Assembly: GCA_010093605.1 (NCBI GenBank)
Contig: MU004194.1
Span: 1,526,323-1,590,322, forward strand
Source: Lophium mytilinum
Lineage: Eukaryota
Length of the DNA: 64,000 nt
Direction: 5' to 3'
Shown: one piece after another, positions 13,058 to 24,210 of the stretch
Numbering within the stretch: position 1 is the stretch's first letter
Layout: every line of letters starts with the position of its first letter
Translations under genes and position numbers: made by a program
The notes under the pieces: model-generated
Told to the model about the DNA's origin: nothing
Seen by the model: the letters and a program-made list of their open reading frames with translations, nothing else
Database searches by the model: none

Positions 13058-14016
13058 ATGTCTGATTTCAAGAACTTCAGTCGCATGTTCCGCCTGGATG
13101 GCAAGGTAGCTCTGGTTACTGGCGGTACGTTATGTCCCCGCTTCCCCAAGCTCCAGGGGTACGATACTGATTCGATATTGTGCAGGCTCAAGAGGGCTCG
13201 GTCTTCACGCTGCCACAGCCTTTCTCCTCGCCGGCGCAAAGACAGTAATTGTCTCTGCGCGGAAAGCAGAGGGCGAGCAAGGCATCAACCAAGCCGTGGA
13301 AAGGCTCAACAAGCTCCCAGGCATCTCTGGAAAGGCCATTGGCATTGCCGCGAATGTGGCAGACACGGAGGACATCGCGAGGCTCGTGAAGGAGGTGCAG
13401 AAGTATGAGGACAAGCTGGACATTCTGGTTGCGAACGCAGGCGCGACTTGGGGCGGTCCCTTCGATCCAACGCCGGACTGGTCGTCGCAGAAGGTGCTTG
13501 ATCTCAATGTCCGGGGTGTGTTCAACCTGGCGCGACTGTGAGTGATGGTGTTTCTGGTGATGAATGAGTTTCATCTGACAGCATTCCAGCTTCGCGCCGA
13601 TGCTTGAGAAGGCTGGCACTCGCACGGACCCCTCTCGAATCATCATCGTCAGTTCGACGGCAGGTGTAACAGTGCCTCACGTTGGAGACCATGGCACAAT
13701 CATGTACTCGGTCTCCAAAGCTGCCGCACATCACTTGACGAGGCAATTGGCCATTGAGTTAGGCCCACGAAATATCACATCCAACACGGTTGGACCTGGC
13801 TTCTTCCCGTCGAAGCTCGCAAACGGCTTGATTGAAATTCTGGGCGGTGAGCAGCAGCTGAAAGATGACAATCCTCGCAAGAGGCTAGGAGAGCCGGAGG
13901 ATATTGCGGGGGTTATGGTCTTCCTTTGCTCTCCCGCGGGAAACTACATCAATGGTGAGGATATTCATGTTGACGGTGGCATGCGGTTTGCGGCAGGACG
14001 GCAGACAAAATTGTAA
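13058..14016 (+). CDS. Classical short-chain dehydrogenase/reductase (RhlG-like)
   Basis: Spliced VALVTGG/SRGLG, LVANAG, catalytic YSVSK, GPGFFPS and VDGG. Introns ~13125-13186 and ~13538-13589. Ends -TKL (PTS1-like). Confidence 0.9.
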
Positions 14017-14953
14017 ATATTGTATAGTATGGGAGGAGTCGTTGGAGTTTCAACCGCGTGGTCATTTATCCAATACGCGATGTGCATTAAGAAGCACGTT
14101 GTGCAAGAATCACCCAGACGTTGGCCAGAAGTATTGCAAATACTCACAGAACTGCCTGCGAGAACCGATTATGGAGACACTGAGTGTAGACACGGAGGGG
14201 GCCGCGCGGTGTAGGCGCTTTTCGACGTTTTATTCAATCTTGTTGCAAGTATTTACAGATCTAACTGCGTGGAAGGAATTTATGTTAGACGCAGCGTGCA
14301 CGCAATGTGGCACCTATTGCCCCTCATTGATATCTTTCTCCTCGCGTTATGAATTCGCTCCATCCAAAGATGCTCTCCACTTGAGGAATGATTCCATGTC
14401 AGCATGCTATAGATCTTAGGCTTTTGCAGGGAGCGGTGATGATCTTGTGGAGACTAATAGAACAGGTAAGGTAATCGTAATAAATATCAAGACAGGCTCA
14501 TATCTGGGTGCGACGGCAACTGAAAGCACTCCTCTAGTTTAGAACCAATTGCCAACGGCAAGGATCTAGACTGGCCTTCGGTTCGATTATCTTGCTTGAT
14601 TTCTCAGGGAAATATCTGAGTGAATGGAGAGAAGGAAATTGAGTCATGAAGTGCCGCTTACACCTGCGGTATGAGTAATGATGCGCGTTCGCTTTCCCCG
14701 GATTATATTTTCCACCCACGCGACGATGCTGGCCCCGCCACGTTCTCCACATTTGTGGGAGAGCGTGTCATGTTGGTGAGGCAATGCATGGCGGTTAATA
14801 GAGACGATTACTGTAAAGCTGTTGAGTGATGTAGACAGAGGAAAACCGATAGACAGACACCGCAATGCTAATTTCTGGTTTCTGGTATGTAGGGTATCTA
14901 AAGGCTCGACACTTGCAAAGTCGTACCCTCGAAGCAGCCAATCCAATTCACGC

Positions 14954-15874
14954 CTACTTGGTCCCATGTATTCTCGCAGCCTGCGCCTCCATGCTCGTCT
15001 TCGCCATTACCGACGCCATCTGGTCGTCGCAGAATGGCACTTGGTTCCTGAAGTAGTGGTTTTGCCCGTTGATCTCGACAATCAGACTGTACGCCTTCTC
15101 CGCCGGCAACTTGACGCCAAATGCGTCCTCCAAAGCCCCGCCATCGACCAGCGCTGTCACCGAGCTGACGATAGTGGATATTGGGGTGAAGTATTCCTCT
15201 GGGAACGACTTCCATTCCTCGCCAGTCATAAGACCCGTCCTGACTGTTCCAGGACAGATGGCGTATGTCCGCACTCCGTCGTTTGCGTGGTAGGAGTAGG
15301 CGATGGAACGAATAAAATGGATCACGCCAGCCTTGGCTGCAGAGTACATGGGGCTGTAATATTTCTTGTCAGCTGGATACACCAAAAGTTTGAGAGTCTG
15401 GAAGTCTTACCAGAACTCAGATGGGTACAGGCCACCACAACTCGCCGTCGCTATTAGGACGCCATCTTTTCCCTTGTGTGGACTCTTCCGGAAGAAATGT
15501 AGTGCTAGGTAGCTCGTATTGACCACCGACTTCAAATTGATGTCAATACTCAGCTGGTTTGGTTCGGGGGGTATCGCGAGATCCGACTTTGCGTAGAAGT
15601 CATCCCGTTCCACAATGCCAGCGTTCGCGAACACAAAGTCGATAGAGCCCGAGATCTTGAAGGCAGCCTCAAAGGTAGAAGCAAGCGAAGAGTAGGAGGT
15701 TACGTTGGTCTTGTGGAAATGGGCGTTGGGGAGGTCGGCCGCCGCTTTCGCTCCAGCTTCAGCATTGAGGTCGACGAGATGTAGCGTCCAGTTTCCACGC
15801 TTTGCTAGAGCTTGGGCGACTGCGAGGCCCATTCCACTCGCTCCACCGGTGATCAACGCGACTTTGTTTGTCAT
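14954..15874 (-). CDS. Short-chain dehydrogenase/reductase (15-hydroxyprostaglandin dehydrogenase-like)
   Basis: ITGGASGMG, FANAGI, catalytic YSAAK and ICPGTVRTGL. One intron ~15355-15410. Confidence 0.9.
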
Positions 15875-16611
15875 TTTGGCTGTCTAGTAGATGTAGGATG
15901 GGTTGAAGACCTGTGTATAAGCTGTTTGTTAATGTGAAGGTTGAGATTTAGTCCGGGGGCAGGAATTGACAGTCAGGCATCGTGAGCCCTATAATCTCAC
16001 ACCTCACAATGCTGGAAGTGGGTAGCAGAACGGGTTCCAGCACACCCCGCGGGTGCCGTGCCGTCGCTCCCGTCTGGGGGTCCTGCAGAGGGGTGGTGGC
16101 TGGTGGGGAAGAGGAAGCTTGCTGCTGAAAGGGGCAAAGATCGAATCTGATGCCGCCAAGCTCCCGCCCCTCTTTTCCCTCACCCACTTCGCGCCCAAGG
16201 CGTCCCAGCTAACTGCTGCCGGGTGACGTCCGGCGCAGGGCGGAAAACAAAGTGCGCGCGGCCGAAGAAGATGAGAGGCGCGCAGCTGTGGCTCTGCATC
16301 TGCTCACGCTCCGAGTCGTAGCAATGCCCCGCCAGCAGAGGTCTGGCCCGGGGTTAGAGAATGGAGATAGGCACGCGCTTTTGTGTAAGAAGCACACATG
16401 TACTCTGTAGATGCCCCGCTGTGAGCTTATTAGCCGTCTCTTAACTCTCAAATCGTTTGCTCTTGCTTCCGCTCCCTCTCCTTCATCTCCAAAACAACCA
16501 CCTATAAACAGCTCGAAGGCCTCATAGCCTTCCCTTTCCTAGCTCTCTACCCCCAACCTTTCAGTTCGCCTACCACAGCTCTCAAATCCACATACCACGA
16601 AATCTGCAAGC

Positions 16612-18194
16612 ATGGCCTTCTCCTGGAACGAGAAGAACCTCCCCAAGCAGCTCTTCATCAACAACGAATTCGTCGATTCAAAGAACAGCAAGAAGCTCTC
16701 CCTCTACAACCCCAAAGATGGCTCCCTGATCGCCGATGACGTCGCTCTAGCCGGCGAGGAGGATGTCGATCTTGCCGTAGCAGCCGCAGAGAAGGCGGCC
16801 AAGGGCTGGAAGAAGCTGGCTCCCACCGAGCGCCGAAACATCATGGCGAAGTTCGCCGATCTAATCGAGAAGCACGGCAAAGACATTGCGGGATTGAGCC
16901 GTATTTCTCTGGGTGCGCCGTACGGCGCTTTCGGTGCCTTTGAGGTTGGACTTTGTGCTGAGGTATGATATCCATGTTTGCTCTGTGAGAGCGATGTAGC
17001 ACTAGCTGACATGCGTATGACAGGCTTTCCGATACAACGCAGGCTGGATAGACAAGTTCGGCGGCGAGTCCTGGCCACAGGAGGACGGCTTCCTTAAGAT
17101 CGTACGCAACGAGCCTCTAGGCGTCACCGCTGGCATCGTCCCCTGGAATGGCCCCGTGGGCACCATCGGTCTGAAAGCCGCTCCCGCGCTCGCCACTGGA
17201 AACGTCTTCATCCTCAAGCCATCCGAGAAGACGCCTTTCTCCTCAACCGCTCTGGGCACTCTCATCAAAGAAGCCGGTTTCCCACCAGGCGTCTTCCAGA
17301 TCCTCACTGGCGACGGCAGCACGGGCGCCCTCATCGCCAGCCACATGCGCATCCGCAAGGTCTCCTTCACCGGCAGCATCTCCACGGGCAAGAAGATCCA
17401 GGAAATGGCGGCGAAGTCGAACCTCAAGCGCGTCACCCTCGAACTCGGCGGCAAGTCGCCCGCCGTGGTCTTCGACGACGCCAATCTCGAAAACGCGGTT
17501 ACGTGGTGCGCCAATGCTATCACGGCGAACACCGGCCAGGTTTGCTTCGCCGCCAGCCGTGTCTATGTCCAGGAGGGTATCTACGAGAAGTTCATCGCTG
17601 GATACAAGGCTGCAATGGAAGCGAAAGCTAAGGAGGTCGGTGACCCAGAGGCCGAGGGCACGAACATCGGACCCTTGGTCGACAAGGCGCAGTTCGAGCG
17701 CGTCACTGGATACATTGAGCGCGGCCAGAAGGGACAGGGCACGCTGTTAGTCGGTGGAAAGCGGATCGGCACGAGCGTAAGCACTCAAATCTCTCCACTG
17801 GTATAGAATCAGCAGCTAACACCCTTTTTAGGGCTTCTACCTCGAGCCGACCGTCTTCACAGACGTTGACATCAAGTCCGAGATCCACACCGAAGAAATC
17901 TTCGGCCCCGTCTCGGTCGTCAGGTCGTTCAAGACCGAGGAGGAGATCATGGAGCTCTCCAACAACACCAACTTCGGCCTCATGGCTGGCGTCTTCACCC
18001 AGGACATCAACAAGGCGCTGCGCGTAGCCTCTGACTTCGAGTCCGGCATGGTCGGTGTCAACTGCGTCAGCATGATGTTTATGAGCACGCCGTTCGGTGG
18101 AGTCAAGGAGAGCGGTGTTGGGCGTGAGTGCGGCATCCACGCCCTACGGGCTTTCACGGAGACGAAGACGATTATGGTCAACATGAACTACTAA
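16612..18194 (+). CDS. NAD(P)+-dependent aldehyde dehydrogenase
   Basis: IVPWN, LKPSEKTP, FTGS, LELGGKSP, catalytic GQVCFA, EEIFGPV and PFGGVKESGVGRE. Two introns. Confidence 0.95.
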
Positions 18195-18435
18195 AAGTTA
18201 TCGCAATGGGGGGTTGCTTTATGACGAGATTGACGGTTTCATCTTTTTGCGTCTGAGGAACAATGATTGGTGAGCGAGCCTCACAACTGTAAATGTACGC
18301 TGCACACACGCACAAATATCAACATATAATGAAACCAAACATGCCATTCCGAATGCTGCGCTACAGTACAATAATCTTTACAGTCCTCATTCCATGAAGC
18401 CCTCTTTTCGCTTCCTGGACCTCCCACTTGACTCC

Positions 18436-19275
18436 CTACTCCACCTCCCCCGCCGCAAAACTCAACTCCCACCCCCCAACCTCCGCCCCCTTCATCGCCT
18501 GCTGCGCCGTCGCAAACGCATCCCGCGAGAACTCCTCGTCGCTGAAATCATGCAGCGCTAGATACCCCGCCGGCTTCTTCTCTTCTGCGCCGCCGGACGG
18601 CGCTTTCTCCTCTCGTCCCCACACGAAGTTTAGCTTGTAGAGGCGCGTCCGCGAGGGCACGAGGCCGTGGAGGGCGCACTCGATGGCGAGGCGCTCGGTG
18701 GAGGTGGCGGTGGAGTCGAAAAGGACGGTTGCGAGGTAGGGGGAGTGTCCGGCTGGAAAGGAAAGAGTTAGTTTGGCGTAGGTGTGGTGGAGGGTGGTTG
18801 GGTAATGGGAGTAATGGGAGTAATGGGAGTAATGGGAGTAATGGGAGTAATGGGAGTAATGGGAGTAATCGAAACGCAACCCACCCTTCCGCTCCTCCTT
18901 ACTCCACTCCCCCAGCGTCTCAAACCCCCTCGTATCAAAATCCGCGACCTTGAAACTGCTCCCATCCCCCTCTACCCCATTCTCATCCGGCACCCTCAGC
19001 AGGTCGCTCGCAAAGGGGATGTCGGAGAGGAATTCTTGCGAGGACAGGAACTCGAGCTCGCAGGGGTACAGCGCGAGATATGTCTTCGGCGCGGTTTCGG
19101 GGGAGAGGGCGGTGTAGCGAGTCGCGGAGCGGATGCCGGAGGTTTTGATGATGTCGGGGACGTGGACGGTGTTGTACCAGGTCGTGAAGCGGGAGGCGGG
19201 GAGGTTGGGGTTGGAGATGCGCGAGGCGACGTAGAAGATGCCCGGGGTGTGGGTGGTGGGCGGTGAGGTGGTCAT
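18436..19275 (-). CDS. Hypothetical protein, EthD/dimeric alpha-beta barrel-like
   Basis: FTTWYNTVHVPDIIKTSGIRSATRY...YLALY pattern resembles EthD-like fungal proteins. Probable intron 18753-18884. Confidence 0.65.
   Translation of the reverse strand: MTTSPPTTHTPGIFYVASRISNPNLPASRFTTWYNTVHVPDIIKTSGIRSATRYTALSPETAPKTYLALYPCELEFLSSQEFLSDIPFASDLLRVPDENGVEGDGSSFKVADFDTRGFETLGEWSKEERKGGLRFDYSHYSHYSHYSHYSHYSHYSHYPTTLHHTYAKLTLSFPAGHSPYLATVLFDSTATSTERLAIECALHGLVPSRTRLYKLNFVWGREEKAPSGGAEEKKPAGYLALHDFSDEEFSRDAFATAQQAMKGAEVGGWELSFAAGEVE
18802..18869. repeat. 9-bp tandem repeat (GTAATGGGA) x7.5
   Basis: Directly visible perfect tandem array inside the probable intron of the EthD-like gene. Confidence 0.95.
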
Positions 19276-20305
19276 GGTGGGTGAGTGAGGCTATTGGGAT
19301 GCCGATCACGATTCAATGCGGGAGAATGGCTGTTGTGGTAGGGTTGGATTGGAGTGTAGTGGAAAGGGTGCAGTACGTCATGGACAACATAAAGCAGCAA
19401 GGTGTTGACTTTTTTCTGGAAGGAAGCTCCAAACGGTGCTGTTCCCCCCACAGCGGAGGTTTGGAGCTCTCGGAGTTTGGCCCATTCATCGAGGCTACTC
19501 GTATTCGTTCTACCTGCACTTCTAAGGCTAGCAATTCTCGCCAGTATTGCCATTTCTGTCCTCAATCGCACTCGAACCCTTCCAGGGTCTCCTCCGGGTC
19601 CGGCAGTCATGCTTCCCGTTCTTTTCTTTCCTTCATTCGAGTCAAGATTGTGGCTACGAGTCGCCATATCGCAGCTTCTGCTTCATCATGACTCTCGTAC
19701 ATGAAGTCGTCCAGGGTCGACTGCAGAAGTGCGGATAAAGTTACGCAGATGTGCCCCTCCATGCACTGTCGATCCATGATTCATATATCCCCGCTCCCCA
19801 CTAGAAGCATGACTCGAGAACTTGGACGGCGACAGGGGTGGAGCTTCGTCGGAGCGACTGTGCCTAAACTTTACCCTCAGTCTCTCAACGCCACCCTCAG
19901 CTCAGGGATTGATGCCTATCTTACCGATGGAGAGTCTCGTGATGAGCATGGGCATGGTTCCTTCACTTTATTCTAGCCTAGCGCGTATGTGAGATTCGGG
20001 AGCGGGCAGAGTGGCATGGGGTAATGCGGGGGAGGGGCAAGATGGGTTAGGTTCTGTCTTCCTTGAATGAAGCTGTGCTCGCAAGAACCATACGAGTCAA
20101 ACTGGATGGTAGAGTGTCCTTGCATCTCAATTGAGTTGCTGTAGATATCGTTTCTCCCTTGCTCATCTGTCCCGGAATCAAGTGACAGTCGACACTCCCT
20201 TGGGTCACACCTCAGAAGCAGACAGGGCAAACAAGCAGCAAACAAAACTTTCATCCTCTCATCACTGATCTTCAGTCCCCGAAACCCCCGTTATCGACTT
20301 CAGAG

Positions 20306-21534
20306 ATGGCAGGAGGAAAATCCGCCCTCATCTTCGGCGCCTCGGGCGTGACAGGGTGGGCCTTCGTGAACGAGATACTCAACGACTACCCCAAAAAGGG
20401 CGTCTGGACGAAAGTGCACGCCTTGACAAACCGACCGCTCTCCCTCGAAGACTCCAGATGGTCGAAAGACTCCAGGCTGAACATAGTTAGCGGCATCGAC
20501 CTACTCCAGGGAAGCCAGGAGGAGTTAGAAGTGGCGATGAAGGAGAAGATTGAGGGGATCGAAGACGTTACACACGTGTACTACCTAGCATACAAGGCGA
20601 ATAAGGACATGCAGCAGGAGCTCGAGGACGCGGTGGATATGTTCAAGAGGAGCACGATAGCGGTAGATCACTTGACCAGTAAGCTCGAGTTTGTGGTATT
20701 GCAGACTGGAGCGAAGATGTGTAAGCTACTCGGAATCCCGTCTCGCAACGAAATACTAACATGTTACTTGAAGATGGCTGCCACCTCCTCTCCGCCCATC
20801 CCACGGACTACTTGCACGTTCCCCTGGCCGAATCCAGCCCCCGCCTCAAACCTCCCTACCACGACGCCCTCTTCTACCACCCCCAGCTTGACTGGGTGAC
20901 CGCTTACGCCAAAGACAAGAGCTGGAACTGGTGCGACACCCGCCCGGACATCATCATCGGCTTCGTGCCCAACCAGAACTTCTACTCCCTCGGAACGGTC
21001 CTCGGGATCTACCTCTCGCTATACCGCGCAGTAGAAGGCGAGGGCGCGGACTGTCCTTTCCCCGGCACAGACGCCAGCTGGGTCGCAAAGAGCAATGATT
21101 CCAGCTCCGATATGATTGCACGGCAGACGCTGTATCTCTCGCTCAATCTACCAAAGAAGAACAAAGGAGAAGGGTACAACGTCGCAGACGCCAAGACCCC
21201 CGAAACATGGAGCTCCAAATGGCCACAGCTCTGCGCCTACTTCGGGCTCAAGGGGACTGCACCTACCTCCAAGTCACCCGAGGTCCGACAGTATATCAAG
21301 GACCATATGAAGCAGTGGACCGAGCTAGAGTCGAAGCATGGGCTGCAGGAGGGCCACGCAGATTCGCAGAAGACTTTCCAGGGGTTCGAGTATTTCTTGC
21401 TCACCCAGTTCGATTTTGATAGGCAGTATGATATGACCAAGACGTATGGGACGGGCTTTGAGGAGGAGAGGAGCGTGATGGGGGCGTGGGGACCGGTGTT
21501 TGACAGGATGAGGGAGGCGAAGATTATACCGTGA
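20306..21534 (+). CDS. PRISE-type (progesterone 5-beta-reductase/iridoid synthase-like, SirQ-like) extended SDR
   Basis: IFGASGVTG, spliced LQTGAKM/YG, LFYHPQLD and WCDTRPDIIIGF match PRISE family motifs. One intron ~20720-20772. Confidence 0.82.
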
Positions 21535-21916
21535 GTAGGAGAGGCCGGGGAGCCTTGTAGTGTGGAGTTTGAGCGGACGTACGAGACTAAGCCTGCCATA
21601 GAGATTGCGATCTTCCAAAGGGAAGCTTGCAGACTTTTGAAGACATCTTCTTTCCACACCATGGGCACTTTGAAATCAACGCCAACTAAGGCAATTTTCA
21701 GTAATGCGTCAATTACCCCTTAATCTTTTAGGGGCGCATGATATCCGTCTTCTTATTCAACCTATTTATGGCTAAGCCTAAGCTTCGCTTGCTTATCCTA
21801 GAAGACGCCATGGTCTGTGCTCGACTCCTTCGAAATAGGCACACGCATATCAACCGTCAATCCACCAACATCCTACTTGCTAGTCAACCCTCTATGTCAA
21901 CTCGGACTTGGACCGT

Positions 21917-23251
21917 ATGCAACTCACTTCTAAAAGGTACTACCGATGGCGACGCAGCTCCGTGAATGAATCTTCTGGTGCCGTGCTGGAGCCTACGGAT
22001 GCCATGGCTCTCGCCGCTGGCCCGCCAGGATCCCAACAACAAGTCGGCAATCAAGATAAGGAGCAAGCACAATCGAGACAACTGCATATTGGTCGCCACA
22101 TGTTCAGCTTGAAGCGTGTGGTACAATGGAAAACGGCCCAAAAGGACCGCTTCGAAAAGCGCCAACGGTCCCTCGCCATCGACCGCTCCCTTAAAAGAGA
22201 CTGGGATTTGAGAGGCCGGAATGAATATAACATTCTGCTTCTTGGCGCTGACCACAAGGGGAAAAAAGAGATTATGCAGTTTGCGAGACGCTTTCCCGAG
22301 GACACTTACACGACCGGCGAGTTGGCAGGATATCGACTTACGATTTACAGGATTCTGATCGACTCCGTTAAGGCGCTGGTTGGTGCTATGGATGAATTTG
22401 GGATCGTTCCAGACAGCGAAGAAAGCAAAAGCTATTGCGCTTACCTGAAATCTTCTGCTTTCCCTCCCGTGGATCCACAGAAGCCCCTAGAACCTAAAGT
22501 TGGTGAAGCTATCGCTGCCTTGAGGACGGACACGTGCATTGCACAGGTAATGGAGCATTCGAATGCTATCAAACTTTCGGAAGATGCAATGCAGTACGTC
22601 ACAGCAGCTTAGTCTTGATTGGTCTGAGTACTGAGAGCTTGCAGTTTCATCAATTCCGTGCAACGGATTGCGAGTCCAAACTATCTCCCGACTCCCGCTG
22701 ACGTCTGTCGGACACGAATTGGCGAAAGCCTTCTATCCCGCTATTCATTTCGTAATCTCAGCGTCCGCCTGTTTGACAGCGGTTCTGCAACACGCCGGAG
22801 TCGGAAATGGGAAGACTGTTTCGAGACGACGGTCCAAATAGCCATCTTCGTGGTAGACCTCGCCTGCTACGACGAGCCGTTATTCGACGACAACTCCTTG
22901 ACCAGAATGACTGCCACTCTTGCGCTTTTCAAAAGAACAGTGGAAGCTCGCTGGGCCGAGCGCATGATGTTCGTGCTGGTCATGAACAATTTACTCGACT
23001 TCCAGGAGAAGCTGGAACAAAGTCCGCTGGTGGAAAACTTCCCAGACTATGCTGGAGGCAACGACTCCAAGAGTGCTTGCGTGTACTTGACGGAACTCTT
23101 TCGAGGTCTTGACGCTCGCGAGGGGCCGGACCGAGTGCATGTTCGTTTTACCCGGTCCTCCCAGGCTCCGGACGTGTGTCCTGTATTTGACGCAGTTATC
23201 AATCTCATAGTCTGTATGGAGATGTGGCATCTACCTAACGGTCGGCTGTGA
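21917..23251 (+). CDS. Divergent heterotrimeric G-protein alpha subunit-like protein
   Basis: RSLAIDRSL, ILLLGA, YRLTIY, RIASPNYLPTPADV, RKWEDCFE, IFVVDLACYD and FPDYAGGND align with the G-alpha fold. Intron 22594-22644 restores the frame. Start codon uncertain (21917 or 22004). Confidence 0.85.
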
Positions 23252-24210
23252 GGGAATAGTACGTCTCGTAGGCGGGTAAAGCCTAAAGACCGCGTCGCTT
23301 AAAAGTACCTCAGCACGTATAATCATGCTTTTAAAGAATCATTTAGTTCAAATGCAAACTCGACAAACTTACTCACAAAGGGGTCTCAGTTAGAAGAACT
23401 AGGGAGGCCAACTTCCAAGGTAGAGAAACCTTAGATCAACCCTTTAGACCTTGGTGACACATGCCCAAAGGCTAGGCCTAATTCACAAGCGGAGGGAAAG
23501 GATTGAGAAGTAGGATTTGCGTTTCTATAGAGATTCAAAGCCTGGTCATACAAAGATAAAGAAACACACTAATTTAGGAGAGAAAGACCGCCTCATCCCA
23601 TAGAGGAGTTCCGTCGACCCGCTTTACAAAAGAAAAGTATGCCATGAAACCGTCAGAGCTCTCCACACTCAAGAACTTGGCCTCTGCTGATCGTGATAGG
23701 GAATTAATGAAGACTTGAACCCTTTGCGCAATGCATGCGCATGATTCCGCTGCCGTGACCCGTAATGGGACTGGAGATTCCGACCCCAATCCTGTAAGAT
23801 ACTCGTAACGCATAGAAGGGAAGTAACACACAAGAGAAAAAAGGAGACCGACACCGCTTTTGTGAAGTCCGCAATCCGTTCGACACGTCGAGTGCACATA
23901 ATGACTTCCACCATCCTTATAACTTTCTTCGCTCCCATACTTTTGCCTCCCGTCCTATTCGCTCTCATCATCTGCGCTCTCAGCACTTTAGCTCTCATGA
24001 AGACAAAGAGCCACGTCAATGGATCGCAACACGACCGGATGTTTTTTGGTGAAACTAGCACGCGACTCCCAACTGTCAGGTCGGATAGCCTTCCATACTC
24101 TCGCCACCAGTCCCTCTATATTGCCTTGTCAAAAACACACAGCTGTTAGGCTGCGCATCATGACTTGCACCATAAAGGAACGAGAGGAGGGTAGGTGTCC
24201 CATTTCGTTT

